64,000 bases of DNA from Promethearchaeati archaeon (GTDB lineage Archaea; Asgardarchaeota; Heimdallarchaeia; Heimdallarchaeales; Heimdallarchaeaceae): contig JABLTJ010000007.1 of NCBI GenBank assembly GCA_013166775.1, positions 128,001-192,000 of the forward strand, read 5' to 3'. The first letter of the stretch is position 1. The number at the start of each line of letters is the position of its first letter. The translations under genes were made by a program, and so were the position numbers. Below the pieces are notes generated by a model. That model saw only the letters and a list, made by a program, of their open reading frames with translations, was not told the origin of the DNA and searched no databases. Shown here piece after piece: positions 30,789 through 42,056 of this stretch.

Positions 30789-31718
30789 ATGTCAAACGAT
30801 GTTGTACTACAAGTAAGTAACTTAACCAAAATCTATGGTAAGAAGATAGATATTAAAATTAAAAAAGTAGGTAAAGAAATACTTGCTGTAAATAATGTAA
30901 GTTTTTCAGTAAAAAAAGGAGAAATTTTTGGATTCCTTGGACCTAACGGTGCAGGTAAAACAACAACAATGAGATCAATTTTGAATTATCTAAGAATCCA
31001 AGAAGGTTCGATTACCGTGTTTGGTCTTGATCATAACAAGGATTCTATAGAAATAAGAAAGAGACTTGGTTATATTCCTGGAGAACTGGGATTATATGAG
31101 GATTTTACTGGAGAAGAATTAGTAAAATATGTAGACAACTTTAGACCAATTAGTCAAGAATTCCTTAAGGAACTTAGAACTGTTTTTCGTGTAAGTTTTA
31201 CTCAAAAAATAAGATCGTTATCACATGGAAATAAACAACAAATTGGACTTATTCTTGCTTTAGCGTCTAAACCAGAGTTTCTGATTCTTGATGAACCAAG
31301 CATTGGTTTAGATCCACTGATGACTGCGAATTTTCACAAAATCTTGCGAAAGCTGAGAGAGGAAGGAATAACAATTTTCTTGAGTTCTCATGATCTATCT
31401 GAAGTTCAATCAATTTGTGATAGAGTGGGAATTATTAAGGAAGGGAAGATTATACTTATTGAGGAAATTGAAATTCTCAAGAGGAAATTTTTGCAGAATG
31501 TTAGAATTAAATTACCTTCTCCTCAAGCATTTGATGAAGAAGAAATAATGAAATTGGATTCAGTGATTTCTTGTGAAAGAGTAAATAACACAACACTTGT
31601 GTTAAAGGTGAAAGAAAATATTAGCGAGTTCCTCAATTGGATAAAAGACATAGATATCTTACGAATAACAATTGAGGATGCATCATTAGAAGAGATTTTC
31701 TTACATTATTATGAATAG
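30789..31718 (+). CDS. ABC-2 type exporter ATP-binding protein
   Basis: GPNGAGKTT, LSHGNKQ, LILDEP, SSH. Confidence 0.92.
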   Translation: MSNDVVLQVSNLTKIYGKKIDIKIKKVGKEILAVNNVSFSVKKGEIFGFLGPNGAGKTTTMRSILNYLRIQEGSITVFGLDHNKDSIEIRKRLGYIPGELGLYEDFTGEELVKYVDNFRPISQEFLKELRTVFRVSFTQKIRSLSHGNKQQIGLILALASKPEFLILDEPSIGLDPLMTANFHKILRKLREEGITIFLSSHDLSEVQSICDRVGIIKEGKIILIEEIEILKRKFLQNVRIKLPSPQAFDEEEIMKLDSVISCERVNNTTLVLKVKENISEFLNWIKDIDILRITIEDASLEEIFLHYYE

Positions 31719-31729
31719 GAGGAAAGAAG

Positions 31730-32542
31730 ATGTTGAATGTATATTTCAAAGGACTAACAAAGAAATGGAAAAGCATTATCACACCAGCTCTAATAATAGG
31801 ATTGTATGTTATAATGATCGCTGGAATTTGGCCAGCTTTGAAGGACCAAGCAGAAGCATTCCAGTTTATACTTGATAATCCAATTTATCAATCTATTCTT
31901 GGTAATTTAGCAGGTTCCATGTTCACGACATGGGAAGGTGCTTTTTATCTCTATATTTTCGTTTGGCTAGAAATGGTTATAGTATTTATCACTATCTTCA
32001 CCCCTACACGTTTAGTTACTAATGAGATTGATAAAAAAACACTTGATGTAGCATTAAGCTATCCCATTCCCAGATGGCGATACTTACTTGAGAAATATAG
32101 TGTTTTTCTGACTTATAATCTCCTTTATCCTATTTTCATTTTGATAGCAGGTTATTTTGGAACCTTAGCTTTGAGACCTTTTGATCCAGCAGCTTCAATG
32201 AATTATACTCTTCTATTTGTTGCTTCCATCAGTGTCTGGTTGTATCTCTTTGCTTTGGGATCATTATCTATTCTCGTTAGTACAATCTTTTTAGATTCAC
32301 GTAAATCTTTAGCAGTAGCTGGATCGCTAATTGTTGGAATGTATTTACTTGTTAGAATTGGATCTGCAGCTGAATCGATAAATTTCCTTCAATATATTTC
32401 TATTTTTCATTATTTCAGTGCTGGAAATATAATGGAAAATGGAGGGTTTCTTGTAGGTGAATTCTTCATAGTTTTCGGATTTGGTCTTGTCTGTTTAATA
32501 GCAGCATTATGGATATTTCAGAAGAGAGAGTTAACTTACTAA
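31730..32542 (+). CDS. ABC-2 type exporter permease
   Basis: 6 TM; [17 protein letters not shown]; FQKREL end. Confidence 0.85.
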   Translation: MLNVYFKGLTKKWKSIITPALIIGLYVIMIAGIWPALKDQAEAFQFILDNPIYQSILGNLAGSMFTTWEGAFYLYIFVWLEMVIVFITIFTPTRLVTNEIDKKTLDVALSYPIPRWRYLLEKYSVFLTYNLLYPIFILIAGYFGTLALRPFDPAASMNYTLLFVASISVWLYLFALGSLSILVSTIFLDSRKSLAVAGSLIVGMYLLVRIGSAAESINFLQYISIFHYFSAGNIMENGGFLVGEFFIVFGFGLVCLIAALWIFQKRELTY

Positions 32543-34635
32543 GTTTCTTTTTTTCTTTCTCCAAGTTGATTTAACATAATATCTATGTCAGTTGTAGGAT
32601 TTTTACATACAAACTCTTGGCAAACATAAGCTGTAGGTTTATTTTCAATCGTTTTGTATTCTTTTAGTATCTCTATTATATTTGAAATTTCTTTCTCATT
32701 TTTGGTTGATTTAAACAAGACAACTTTGTTTGGCAGATATTGGTTCCTTAGCTCTTCGATCATAGAAGTTGTTTCTTGAGAATCAGGATCGCCAACCACA
32801 ACTATCTCGAAAGATGGTCCTAATGCGAAATCTAAACCAAGCAACAAGAAAGAATAAGCATTCGGCATTTTTTGAACTTGTTGAGCAAATATCTCTGCAA
32901 TTTTGTTAGCATTTTCTTCATAAGTTGGATTTGAAGTCAATCTTCCAAGTTTAAGAAGAACATACATTGAAACAGAATTACCCGAAGGGATTGCTCCATC
33001 ATAGATTGTTTTTTCTCTAATTAGAAGTTCTTCTCCATATTCAGGAGTAAAATAGAAACCTCCTTTGCTTTCATCCCAAAAGTATTCCATAATAATTTTA
33101 CTTAATACCAAACTTTCTTTGAGATATTTAGCTTCGAAAGTAGTCTCATATAACTCCAATAATCCCCAAATCATAAACGCATAATCATCAAGATTAGCAG
33201 TGATAGATTTATCTCCTTCCCTGAATCTATGTAAGAGTTTTCCTTCTTTATTTTTCATTTCTGAAAGAATGAATTCTGAAGCTTTAGCTGCTGAAACAAG
33301 ATAATCTTCGTTTCCTAAAACTCTAGCAGCTTTTGCGAAAGCAACAATCATTAAACCATTCCAATCAGTAAGAATCTTATCATCTTTTAGAGGATGGATT
33401 CGTTTCTTTCTATATTCAAATAGTAGTTCTCTGATATTTTCCATTCTTGATTCTAATTCAGTTTCTGGAAGTTTCAATTCCTCAGCTAAATCCGTAAGAG
33501 TGTTTTTAGTATGAATAATGTTGTCGCTTGTTTTTTCTTTGGAAGCTTCTTCGAAGAAATTTCCCTCTTGAGAAATACCAGAGAATTTGATAAATAAATC
33601 AGCATCTTCTTTATCTAGAAGTTTTTTGATTTCTTCTTGCGTCCAAACATAGAATTTTCCTTCTACACCTTCACTATCCGCATCCTCAGCGGAATAGAAT
33701 CCTCCTTCAGGAGAGGTCATATCTCTCATTACATATTTGAGAATTTTCTCTGCAGTATCTTTATAAATCGGATTTTTTGTTGCTTGATAGGCTTCGGTAT
33801 AAGCAATGGTCAGCATTGCTTGATCATAGAGCATCTTTTCAAAATGAGGAACCAACCATTCTCTATCTGTTGAGTAGCGGTGGAATCCATAACCTATATG
33901 ATCCCATATTCCTCCTTGTCTTAGTTTTTGTAAAGTTTTTTCCACCATATTTAGAGCGATTTCATCTCCTGCTCGCTTCCAGTATCTTAGTAAGAAAAGG
34001 AGATTGTGAGGACTTGGGAATTTTGGTGCATTTCCAAAACCTCCAAAGACTTTATCAAATCTATTGTCAAAAATATCAAATGCTCTAGCAATAAATTCTT
34101 CAGCATCATAAGACGTAGGAATGTTATCAGTATTTTTTTGTAAATGAGTTGTGATGTCTGTTGCACTCGTGAGAACTTCATCTCGACTGTTTTCCCAGAG
34201 TTCTGCTACTTGATTCAGTATATCAATCAAACCAGGTCTTCCAAATTGACCAGATTTAGGAAAATATGTTCCAGCGAAGAAGGGTTTTTTCTCAGGAGTC
34301 ATTATGATAGTTAATGGCCAACCACCACCTCCTGTCATCATTTGACATACAGTCATGTAAATGCTATCTACATCAGAACGTTCTTCTCTATCAACTTTTA
34401 TAGAAACAAAATTATCATTTAGAATCTTTGCAACTTGCTCATTCTCAAACGATTCTCTTTCCATAACATGGCACCAATGACAAGTAGCATATCCTATTGA
34501 TAGAAAAATTGGTTTGTTTTCCTTTTTAGCTTTTTCGAAAGTTTCATCCTTCCATGGATACCAGTCAACAGGGTTGTGTGCATGCTGTAGTAGATAAGGA
34601 CTTTTTTCATTAATCAGATGGTTAGGTTTCTGCAT
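32539..34635 (-). CDS. thioredoxin-domain protein YyaL/SPATA20 family
   Basis: [41 protein letters not shown]. Confidence 0.95.
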   Translation of the reverse strand: MQKPNHLINEKSPYLLQHAHNPVDWYPWKDETFEKAKKENKPIFLSIGYATCHWCHVMERESFENEQVAKILNDNFVSIKVDREERSDVDSIYMTVCQMMTGGGGWPLTIIMTPEKKPFFAGTYFPKSGQFGRPGLIDILNQVAELWENSRDEVLTSATDITTHLQKNTDNIPTSYDAEEFIARAFDIFDNRFDKVFGGFGNAPKFPSPHNLLFLLRYWKRAGDEIALNMVEKTLQKLRQGGIWDHIGYGFHRYSTDREWLVPHFEKMLYDQAMLTIAYTEAYQATKNPIYKDTAEKILKYVMRDMTSPEGGFYSAEDADSEGVEGKFYVWTQEEIKKLLDKEDADLFIKFSGISQEGNFFEEASKEKTSDNIIHTKNTLTDLAEELKLPETELESRMENIRELLFEYRKKRIHPLKDDKILTDWNGLMIVAFAKAARVLGNEDYLVSAAKASEFILSEMKNKEGKLLHRFREGDKSITANLDDYAFMIWGLLELYETTFEAKYLKESLVLSKIIMEYFWDESKGGFYFTPEYGEELLIREKTIYDGAIPSGNSVSMYVLLKLGRLTSNPTYEENANKIAEIFAQQVQKMPNAYSFLLLGLDFALGPSFEIVVVGDPDSQETTSMIEELRNQYLPNKVVLFKSTKNEKEISNIIEILKEYKTIENKPTAYVCQEFVCKNPTTDIDIMLNQLGERKKET

Positions 34636-34724
34636 TTCTCAACAAAATAAAAAGGTAAAATGCGCTTTAAATAGTATCCAAAGAACAAAAAAGAAAAGAA
34701 AGGAAGAAAGAATTATTTTTTCTA

Positions 34725-35585
34725 TTAAAGATTAGACCCACAATTTTCACAGAATTTTGCTCCACTTTGAAATTTAGCTCCACAATTAGAGCAGAATAAA
34801 GCACCAGTAGGAGGAGGAGTTTCAGTTTGAGTTGTAACCGATACACTTGGAGTTTGAGAGGGTATATGCTGAACTTTTGCTGGACCACCTAATGGAGGTT
34901 GAACCTGCATAATATCTTTGCTTAAATCTCTAAAACCATATACAAGCATAATAAAACCGATGATACTTCCTATTGATCCAAATGTAGTAAATAACGAAGC
35001 TACCGCAGTTATAAGATTTATAGTTGCCGCAATGAACAATATCATTGTAGGTTTCTTATTGAAACGTCCTTGATTCTGATAATCAACAAACATTCTGTAA
35101 ACAAAGTAAAAACCTAATGCTAAAGCAGTATTTCCCACCATAGATATGATAGCACCAGCTAAATCAGGTACAAAGATGCTTATTATAATCGCTACTAAAT
35201 AACCTTGGATTCCAAAACTTGCATTTTTTGCATTTTCACTTACAGAATCACTTTTTTGAAGTAAACTGAAACCAGAACCAAGTTTATAGTACTGGATATA
35301 TGTCATAATCATAATTATGAATAAGGCAATTCCAGTTATACTTACTAGAACAATAACTACAATTCCTCCAGCGAATAGAGATTCAATTGTACTATAGAGA
35401 TTATTTGTGTCAAAATCTGTAAAGTCAAATCCTGAAGCTAGTGCAACTACTGAAACTACTAAAACAATAACCATGATAATTGCAATCACCACAGTCCATA
35501 GTAGATACTTATATAATTTATTTGAACTATCTGATATTTTATATTTTGCAATATCAAAAGGATGCATTTGTGATTGATATGACAT
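34725..35585 (-). CDS. membrane protein with C-terminal zinc ribbon
   Basis: ~6 TM, Pro/Thr linker, FCSNCG...FCENCG. Confidence 0.75.
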   Translation of the reverse strand: MSYQSQMHPFDIAKYKISDSSNKLYKYLLWTVVIAIIMVIVLVVSVVALASGFDFTDFDTNNLYSTIESLFAGGIVVIVLVSITGIALFIIMIMTYIQYYKLGSGFSLLQKSDSVSENAKNASFGIQGYLVAIIISIFVPDLAGAIISMVGNTALALGFYFVYRMFVDYQNQGRFNKKPTMILFIAATINLITAVASLFTTFGSIGSIIGFIMLVYGFRDLSKDIMQVQPPLGGPAKVQHIPSQTPSVSVTTQTETPPPTGALFCSNCGAKFQSGAKFCENCGSNL

Positions 35586-35693
35586 TTTTAACACCAAGTA
35601 GATTTATCTTATCACATATTTAAATACGTATCCTTTTATCTTTTTATTCAATTTAACAAAACACAAAAAGAATTAATGAAAGCAACTGGAAAA

Positions 35694-36101
35694 TCACTTT
35701 TTAACTTCATCTCCACAATAGGGACAGAATTCAAATTCTTCAGCTAATTCTCTTTTACAATTTGCACATGCTAACTTGATACTTTTACCACAATAGGGGC
35801 AAAATTCAAAGTCTTCTTTCAGCTCTTTGTTACAATGAGGACAGTTAAGCTCAAGAGAAATCTCTTCAGGTTCTTTGGGAATTATTTGTTTTGGTTGTTC
35901 ATCGGGTAGCATGTTTTTAGGGATAGGTATTTCTCTTTTAGAAGGTGAGGGAGCAAATTTTGTTGGAGCTTGAACTGTTAAACCAGGAGGAACAGGTGGA
36001 ACTTCTTGGAGCTGAGATCTTTTTGTTATCTCCTCTTTTGATGAATCTGAAGGTAAAAATTTCTTTTTCACCTTTTCCACTAGCTTCTTCACATTGCTCA
36101 T
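35694..36101 (-). CDS. double zinc-ribbon protein with Pro-rich linker
   Basis: CPHC..FCPYCG and CANC..FCPYCG repeats. Confidence 0.75.
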   Translation of the reverse strand: MSNVKKLVEKVKKKFLPSDSSKEEITKRSQLQEVPPVPPGLTVQAPTKFAPSPSKREIPIPKNMLPDEQPKQIIPKEPEEISLELNCPHCNKELKEDFEFCPYCGKSIKLACANCKRELAEEFEFCPYCGDEVKK

Positions 36102-36200
36102 TTAATCAAATGATATAACACACTATCTTTTTTATATTTTGCTTTACTCCCTGCAGTAAAAAATGGTAATGAAATATGATTTATATCAAAAAAATCTAAT

Positions 36201-36764
36201 TTAACTGGTTTTTTCATATCTGTTGTGATATATAAACTCGTTGAGATTCATCCTTATTGGTCGATTTCTTTCATGTTCAATTTGGTTTTCTTCTAGAACA
36301 TCTTCAAAATCCTCATTGTGTTTTCCAATCCCAATAATTGCAATTAATTTCATATCGGGTGGTATGTTAAGTATTTCTTTAGCAATATCCTCATTGAAAC
36401 CAGCCATTGGGTGAGCTACTAAACCTAAATCAGTCGCTCGCAGAATGAGAAAAGCTGTTGCCATTCCAGTATCGAATAAGAAATAGATCTTATCTTTAAT
36501 AATACAATCAAATTCTTGTTTACTGAAAACAGCAACTATCATAGAAGCTTTTTGTGCCCAAGCATTTCCTCCAGTTAGTGCTGGATAAAACTTCTCTAGA
36601 TTCTCTTTACCATGAATGAAAACATATCTCCAAGGTTGATTATTGAAACAAGAAGGAGCTAATTGTGCATGTTTTGCTAAATCATTTATCAATTCATCAG
36701 TTACTTCAATTGGAATAAGAGCTTTGTATGCTCTACGTTTTTCAATTGTTTCTTTTAATTCCAC
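36201..36764 (-). CDS. nitroreductase family protein
   Basis: RRAYK, LAPSCFNNQPWR, GLVAHPMAGF. Confidence 0.9.
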   Translation of the reverse strand: MELKETIEKRRAYKALIPIEVTDELINDLAKHAQLAPSCFNNQPWRYVFIHGKENLEKFYPALTGGNAWAQKASMIVAVFSKQEFDCIIKDKIYFLFDTGMATAFLILRATDLGLVAHPMAGFNEDIAKEILNIPPDMKLIAIIGIGKHNEDFEDVLEENQIEHERNRPIRMNLNEFIYHNRYEKTS

Positions 36765-37252
36765 TATCTCACCTGAACATCATTATGTTCAATCAGATTT
36801 TTTAATGTTTGGTGGACATCAAAGGTGTGACCTGTAACCTTAACTTTTGACCAGATGTAAGCTATGTTACCTTCAGGATCAATGAGAAAAGTCATTCTCT
36901 TAGCAAGTGACATTAGTCTACTCAGAATCGAGCCTGAATCTTTTGCACCATAAGCTTTGATAACATTAAAACTCTCATCACTTAGTAGTGGAAATGAAAT
37001 ATTTTCCTTTTGGACAAATTTAGTATGACTTTCTACAGAATCTGCACTAATACCTAAAACAACAGCATTCAAATCTTGGAAAAGGTTTAGATTGGCTGTG
37101 AAATCACATGCTTCTTTTGTACAACCTGGAGTTTGATCCTTTGGATAAAAATACAGTACTACCCACTTCCCCTTATAATCGTTTAAGCAAATTTCTTCCT
37201 TTTCTGAATTCTTTAGACAGAAAAGAGGAGCTTTATCACCAATTTCTAACAT
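36764..37252 (-). CDS. bcp: peroxiredoxin BCP/PrxQ
   Basis: YFYPKDQTPGCTKEACDF. Confidence 0.92.
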   Translation of the reverse strand: MLEIGDKAPLFCLKNSEKEEICLNDYKGKWVVLYFYPKDQTPGCTKEACDFTANLNLFQDLNAVVLGISADSVESHTKFVQKENISFPLLSDESFNVIKAYGAKDSGSILSRLMSLAKRMTFLIDPEGNIAYIWSKVKVTGHTFDVHQTLKNLIEHNDVQVR

Positions 37253-37266
37253 ATTATCAACTCAAA

Positions 37267-37734
37267 TTAAGTAAGTAAATCACTGAGAGAACCTTTAATA
37301 TCTTCAACGTGATCTTTTATTTTAACTTTTTCCCAAATTTTAACAATTTTGCCTTCAGGATTAATTAAGAATGTAGATCTTACTACACCCATGTATTCTT
37401 TGCCATACATCTTTTTCATTTGCCAAACACCATATTTTTTGAGTACAATATACTCTGAATCACTCAATAAAATGTGTTGCAAACTGTATTTTTCTCTGAA
37501 TTTTGTGTGGCTTTTGGTTTCATCAGGACTGATACCTATTATCTCAGCGTTCATTTCTTTAAATTCTTGAAAATTATCAGAAAAATCACATGCTTCTGTT
37601 GTACAACCTGGTGTCATATCTTTAGGGTAAAAATAAACTACAACCCATTTACCTTCAAAATCTTGTAAACATACATTCTCATTTTGCTCATTTGGTAAGC
37701 AGAATGAGGGCGCTTTATCACCTATTTTTAACAT
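37267..37734 (-). CDS. bcp: peroxiredoxin BCP/PrxQ
   Basis: YFYPKDMTPGCTTEACDF, RSTFLI. Confidence 0.94.
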   Translation of the reverse strand: MLKIGDKAPSFCLPNEQNENVCLQDFEGKWVVVYFYPKDMTPGCTTEACDFSDNFQEFKEMNAEIIGISPDETKSHTKFREKYSLQHILLSDSEYIVLKKYGVWQMKKMYGKEYMGVVRSTFLINPEGKIVKIWEKVKIKDHVEDIKGSLSDLLT

Positions 37735-37743
37735 TCAATCACC

Positions 37744-38217
37744 TTAAAGTTCTCGACCTTTCTCTCTCTCTTTTTTTATAAAATCTGTAATTTCATCTAA
37801 ATTTGGGACTACAGACATTTCATATATTTCCATGAAGAGAATTTCTTTATTTTCTGCAACAAGAATATTAACTCGATTAGAGACACCTTTTTGTTCATTT
37901 AATATTCCTAATTTCTTTGCTAGATTGCCATGAGGCCAGAAATCTGCTAATAATTGAGTTTTTTCTATTCCAAGTTCTTCAGCCCAGGCTTTTTTAGTTG
38001 GATCACTATCAACGCTTATACCTACAGGAAGTACTCCTAAATTAGACAGAACATCAAAATTATCTTCTAGAGATTGCATTTGTTTTGCACAAACACCCGT
38101 CCATGCAAGAGGATGGAAGGAGAGGAGAATCATTTTATCTTTAATATCATAAAAACGGAATTCTTCATTATTTTGATTCTTAAGTGTAAAGTCAGGAATA
38201 ATATCGCCTACTTTCAT
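37744..38217 (-). CDS. AhpE-like 1-Cys peroxiredoxin
   Basis: FHPLAWTGVC, ADFWPHG. Confidence 0.85.
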   Translation of the reverse strand: MKVGDIIPDFTLKNQNNEEFRFYDIKDKMILLSFHPLAWTGVCAKQMQSLEDNFDVLSNLGVLPVGISVDSDPTKKAWAEELGIEKTQLLADFWPHGNLAKKLGILNEQKGVSNRVNILVAENKEILFMEIYEMSVVPNLDEITDFIKKEREKGREL

Positions 38218-38349
38218 TTAAATCACCATATAATTCCAGAATTTTTAAATCCTTAAAAGTATAGGTTTAACAAATTCGTATGAATTGTAAAATAATTGAA
38301 ATAAGATAAAACTTAAATGCATTTATTCCGAAGATTATAAGAATCTGGT

Positions 38350-38907
38350 ATGAGTGAAGGACCTAAGATTTTCAAGATAGTACTCATTGGAGATGGAGCT
38401 GTAGGGAAAACTAGTTTACGAAGGAACTATCTTGGAAAAAGCTTTAGAGAAAACTACCTTATGACTATTGGAGCTGATTTTTCAGTAAAGCAGGTTCCTT
38501 ATGAAGATTATATTGTAAATCTACAGATATGGGATCTTGCAGGCCAGCCAAGGTTTTCAGAGGTCAGAGGAGCTTATTACACCAACTGTTATGGAGCTTT
38601 AGTTATTTTTGATGTTACTCGACCTAATACATTTACAAATATAGATTATTGGATAAATGAGTTGATCAGATACAATGACAACAAACTTGTTCCTATGATA
38701 ATAATTGGAAATAAAGTTGATTTGAGAGGATCTACTCCACAAGAGATACAAGTAGACAATAACTCAGCAATGGCTTACGCAGCTACTTTGAGTGATTGGG
38801 GAGGATTGAAAGTAGACTACATAGAAACCTCTGCAATGTCAGGTCAAAATGTTAATTCCGCTTTTGAGAGATTGATAGATAAAATATACTACCGAATAGG
38901 TATATAA
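38350..38907 (+). CDS. Rab-like small GTPase
   Basis: GDGAVGKT, TIGADF, WDLAGQ, NKVD, ETSA. Confidence 0.92.
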   Translation: MSEGPKIFKIVLIGDGAVGKTSLRRNYLGKSFRENYLMTIGADFSVKQVPYEDYIVNLQIWDLAGQPRFSEVRGAYYTNCYGALVIFDVTRPNTFTNIDYWINELIRYNDNKLVPMIIIGNKVDLRGSTPQEIQVDNNSAMAYAATLSDWGGLKVDYIETSAMSGQNVNSAFERLIDKIYYRIGI

Positions 38908-38926
38908 ATCTTAAAAAAGGATAAAA

Positions 38927-39067
38927 TTAGGGTATTTTATAGTAGCTAGAATCTTCTGTTTTTGTTTCTTTAAGCGTCCTGAAAATTATATAGATAATTG
39001 TTAAAGAAACTGCAGTGATTATTGTAGATAAAAAGACTGCTAGATAAGGAAGTGATGCTGTAGCCAT
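38927..39067 (-). CDS. putative 46-aa single-TM micropeptide, not in ORF track
   Basis: MATASLPYLAVFLSTIITAVSLTIIYIIFRTLKETKTEDSSYYKIP; AAGGTG SD 5 nt before ATG. Confidence 0.55.
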   Translation of the reverse strand: MATASLPYLAVFLSTIITAVSLTIIYIIFRTLKETKTEDSSYYKIP

Positions 39068-39158
39068 AATTACACCTTAAAGCTAATAGATATTTTTAGA
39101 ATCGGTTGTATAAAAAATCTACTCCAGAAAAATGAAAAAGAAGGGATGGAAGGAAGGA

Positions 39159-42056
39159 TTATTCCAATCCACGACTTTCTAGAATATTCTTTAAGAAAGG
39201 TATTCGTATTAGATATCTGAACGCTTCAATAACAAGACACAGTCCTATAGTGAATCCGAGAATGAATACCCAATCAATACCCCTCAAGAAGAAGTAATAT
39301 CCGTCAGTAAAACTACTGAAAACAATACCTAACGGTCTAATGTAAACAGCTCCTAAAAGCAGTACCCAAGATAGTATTACTGCGAAAATAAGGTATCTGT
39401 TCTTGAAAGGCCGAGATTTAATCAAAGACGTTTCATTGTCATTCCGAGCAACGAAAACAAACCAAAGCTCAAAGGAGAGCGTCGTAACAAATGCCATGAC
39501 TTGAGAATAAGCTAGTTTATTTTGTGTGATGAAAGCAGTTGCAGCTTCTCCAGTTAAGCCTAATCTTAAAGCTTCTTGCTCAAAGATAGTAAAACCAAGA
39601 GCATTGTATCCAATTAAGAAGATTCCAACTGATGCAAAGAAAGCAATAATACCTGCAAGGACAGCAAAGATGTACATATCTTTTACAAAGGAGGACTGTT
39701 TACCCCTTGGAGGTCTCTGCATTAATTTAGGATCATATGGATCAAAGGAAAGAGCTAAAGCAGGTAAAGCATCAGTAAGAAGGTTAAGGAATAATATTTG
39801 TAATGGTAGGAAAGGAAGAATACCCATAGTTGCTGTAATAATCAGAACAGCAAAAATCTCATCAAAGTTTGCAGAGAGTAAATAACGAATGAATTTCTTC
39901 ATATTTGCGAAAATATTTCGACCTTCTTCAACAGCAGCAACAATGGTACTAAAAGCATCATCAGTAATAACCATATCAGCTGTTTCTTTTGTAACATCAG
40001 TTCCTGTGATACCCATCGCAATACCTATATCAGCTTTCTTGATAGCTGGTGCATCGTTGACTCCATCACCTGTACAAGCTACTATGTGATCTAACTTTTG
40101 CAATGTTTCGACTACTCTGTATTTATCTTTTGGACTCATTCTGCTGTAAACTTTTACTTTTTCGATTATTTTTTCTAATTCCTCATCTGTCATTAAAGCG
40201 AAATCTTCACCTTTAACAATTAAATCTTTATCGCTTTCAATTATACCAATTTCTTTCGCAACTGCTATTGCTGTAGGTTCTTGATCTCCAGTAATCATAA
40301 CTGAAGTAATTCCAGCATTCTTACATTCTTCTACTGAAGCTTTTACTTCTGGTCTTGCTGGATCAATCATTCCAGTTAATCCTACAAATATCATGTCAGT
40401 TTCTATCTCATCTATCATTTCTTTATTGTAATTATCAGGTAATTCTTTATATGCAACTGCAAGAACTCTTAGTGCTTTTTTTGCCATCTGTAGATTAGCA
40501 TCCAAAATCTCTTTCTCAAGCGCTTTGGTTATTTTTAGCGATTTTCCAGATGTCAGAACTGTGTTACATCTAGTGAGTACTATAGGAGGACTTCCTTTCA
40601 TATAGGCAATTTTCTTCCCATTAACAATGTTAACAGTTGTCATTCTCTTTCTATCAGAATCAAAGAAAATTTCGTGGTCTCTCTTATTAAGCATCTTTTC
40701 TGTATAACCCGCTTTTTCAGCTAAAACAACTAGCGCAGCTTCTGTGGGATCTCCTTTGACATCAATTCTATCTCCATTTCTAAGAATCCCTGAGTTATTG
40801 CAATGATAGACTGCATCCATTGTTTTTACAAGAGCTTTATTTTCCATTGGATCTATTTTTCTTCCATCATGAGTAAAGTCTCCTTCAAGAAGATACCCAG
40901 ATCCACCAACTTCTATTTTCCCATCGAAAGTCCATGCTTCTTTAACTGTCATTTCATTTCTAGTCAAAGTACCGGTTTTATCTGAACAGATGTAATCCAC
41001 AGAACCTAGTGTTTCAACCGCTGGTAGTCTCGAAACAATAGTCTTCTTTTTAGCCATTCTTGACACACCAATGGCCAATGTAATTACAATTGCAGCAGGT
41101 AATCCTTCTGGAACAGCTGAGATTGCTAATGCAATTGCGGTTTCAAATCCTTCAAAAGCTGCTATCGCGTAACTCACATCTGCATGTTTTGTTAAAATTT
41201 CTACAACCATCACCACAGCACAGATTGCTAAGATGATTATTCCTAAAACTTTCCCAAATCTATCTAGTGCTTTTTGTAATGGTGTGTGTTCATGTTTTAC
41301 TTGCGTCAATTCAGCTATTTTACCCATTTCAGTATTCATTCCAGTTGAAACAACTATAGCTTTTCCTCTTCCATATACGCAAGTACATCCACTGAAAATC
41401 ATATTTTTCTTATCATGGGTTCTAGCTTTAGCAGGTACTAGATCCAGATTTTTGGTAATTGGATGTGATTCTCCTGTAAGTGGAGCTTCATCTACTTTGA
41501 AATTATTAACTTCAAACAATCTACAATCAGCAGGGATTTTTTCTCCTACTTCCAAAAGAACAATATCTCCTGGAACAAGATCACTTGCGTGAATAATCTG
41601 TTCTTTTCCTTCTCTAATTACTAAAACATCTTGTTCGAAATATTCTTTCAACTTCTCTAAGGCTTGATTGGACCTAAAGTTTTGAACAAAGCCTATTATA
41701 GCATTGATAATAACTATCGCAAATATTGCTATTGCGTCATAGATTTCCGATCCTAAATGTCCAGGAGAAGTATTTTTGATACCAAATCCCAAGCTAATAA
41801 AACCAGCAGCAATAAGCAAAAGTACAAGAAAATCTGTGAATTGCTCAAAAATCATTTTGAGAATCTTGAATTTTTCTGTAATTGTAATTTTGTTTGGTCC
41901 ATGAATCTCGAGCTTAGATATAACATCACGGTCCCATAATCCTTTCTCATCTGATCCTAGTTTCTTCAATATTTCCTTAGTTTTCATATTGTGCCAAGAT
42001 ACTTCTTCTACAACCTCTGTAGCGACTTCTTTCTTTCTATTCTTCGACATTTCCAC
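39159..42056 (-). CDS. P-type ATPase, P2A (Ca2+-transporting, SERCA/SPCA-like)
   Basis: LTGES, PEGL, DKTGT, TGDGVND, NLLTD in M6. Confidence 0.93.
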   Translation of the reverse strand: MEMSKNRKKEVATEVVEEVSWHNMKTKEILKKLGSDEKGLWDRDVISKLEIHGPNKITITEKFKILKMIFEQFTDFLVLLLIAAGFISLGFGIKNTSPGHLGSEIYDAIAIFAIVIINAIIGFVQNFRSNQALEKLKEYFEQDVLVIREGKEQIIHASDLVPGDIVLLEVGEKIPADCRLFEVNNFKVDEAPLTGESHPITKNLDLVPAKARTHDKKNMIFSGCTCVYGRGKAIVVSTGMNTEMGKIAELTQVKHEHTPLQKALDRFGKVLGIIILAICAVVMVVEILTKHADVSYAIAAFEGFETAIALAISAVPEGLPAAIVITLAIGVSRMAKKKTIVSRLPAVETLGSVDYICSDKTGTLTRNEMTVKEAWTFDGKIEVGGSGYLLEGDFTHDGRKIDPMENKALVKTMDAVYHCNNSGILRNGDRIDVKGDPTEAALVVLAEKAGYTEKMLNKRDHEIFFDSDRKRMTTVNIVNGKKIAYMKGSPPIVLTRCNTVLTSGKSLKITKALEKEILDANLQMAKKALRVLAVAYKELPDNYNKEMIDEIETDMIFVGLTGMIDPARPEVKASVEECKNAGITSVMITGDQEPTAIAVAKEIGIIESDKDLIVKGEDFALMTDEELEKIIEKVKVYSRMSPKDKYRVVETLQKLDHIVACTGDGVNDAPAIKKADIGIAMGITGTDVTKETADMVITDDAFSTIVAAVEEGRNIFANMKKFIRYLLSANFDEIFAVLIITATMGILPFLPLQILFLNLLTDALPALALSFDPYDPKLMQRPPRGKQSSFVKDMYIFAVLAGIIAFFASVGIFLIGYNALGFTIFEQEALRLGLTGEAATAFITQNKLAYSQVMAFVTTLSFELWFVFVARNDNETSLIKSRPFKNRYLIFAVILSWVLLLGAVYIRPLGIVFSSFTDGYYFFLRGIDWVFILGFTIGLCLVIEAFRYLIRIPFLKNILESRGLE

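Noticed and set aside
34667-34888. 73-aa ORF and purine-rich tract
   Set aside because: Alternate frame of the zinc-ribbon gene; the tract is best explained as a minus-strand T-rich terminator.
35720-35810. Short internal DNA repeat (CCACAATAGGG..CA.AATTCAAA)
   Set aside because: Explained by the duplicated EFCPYCG zinc-ribbon coding sequence.
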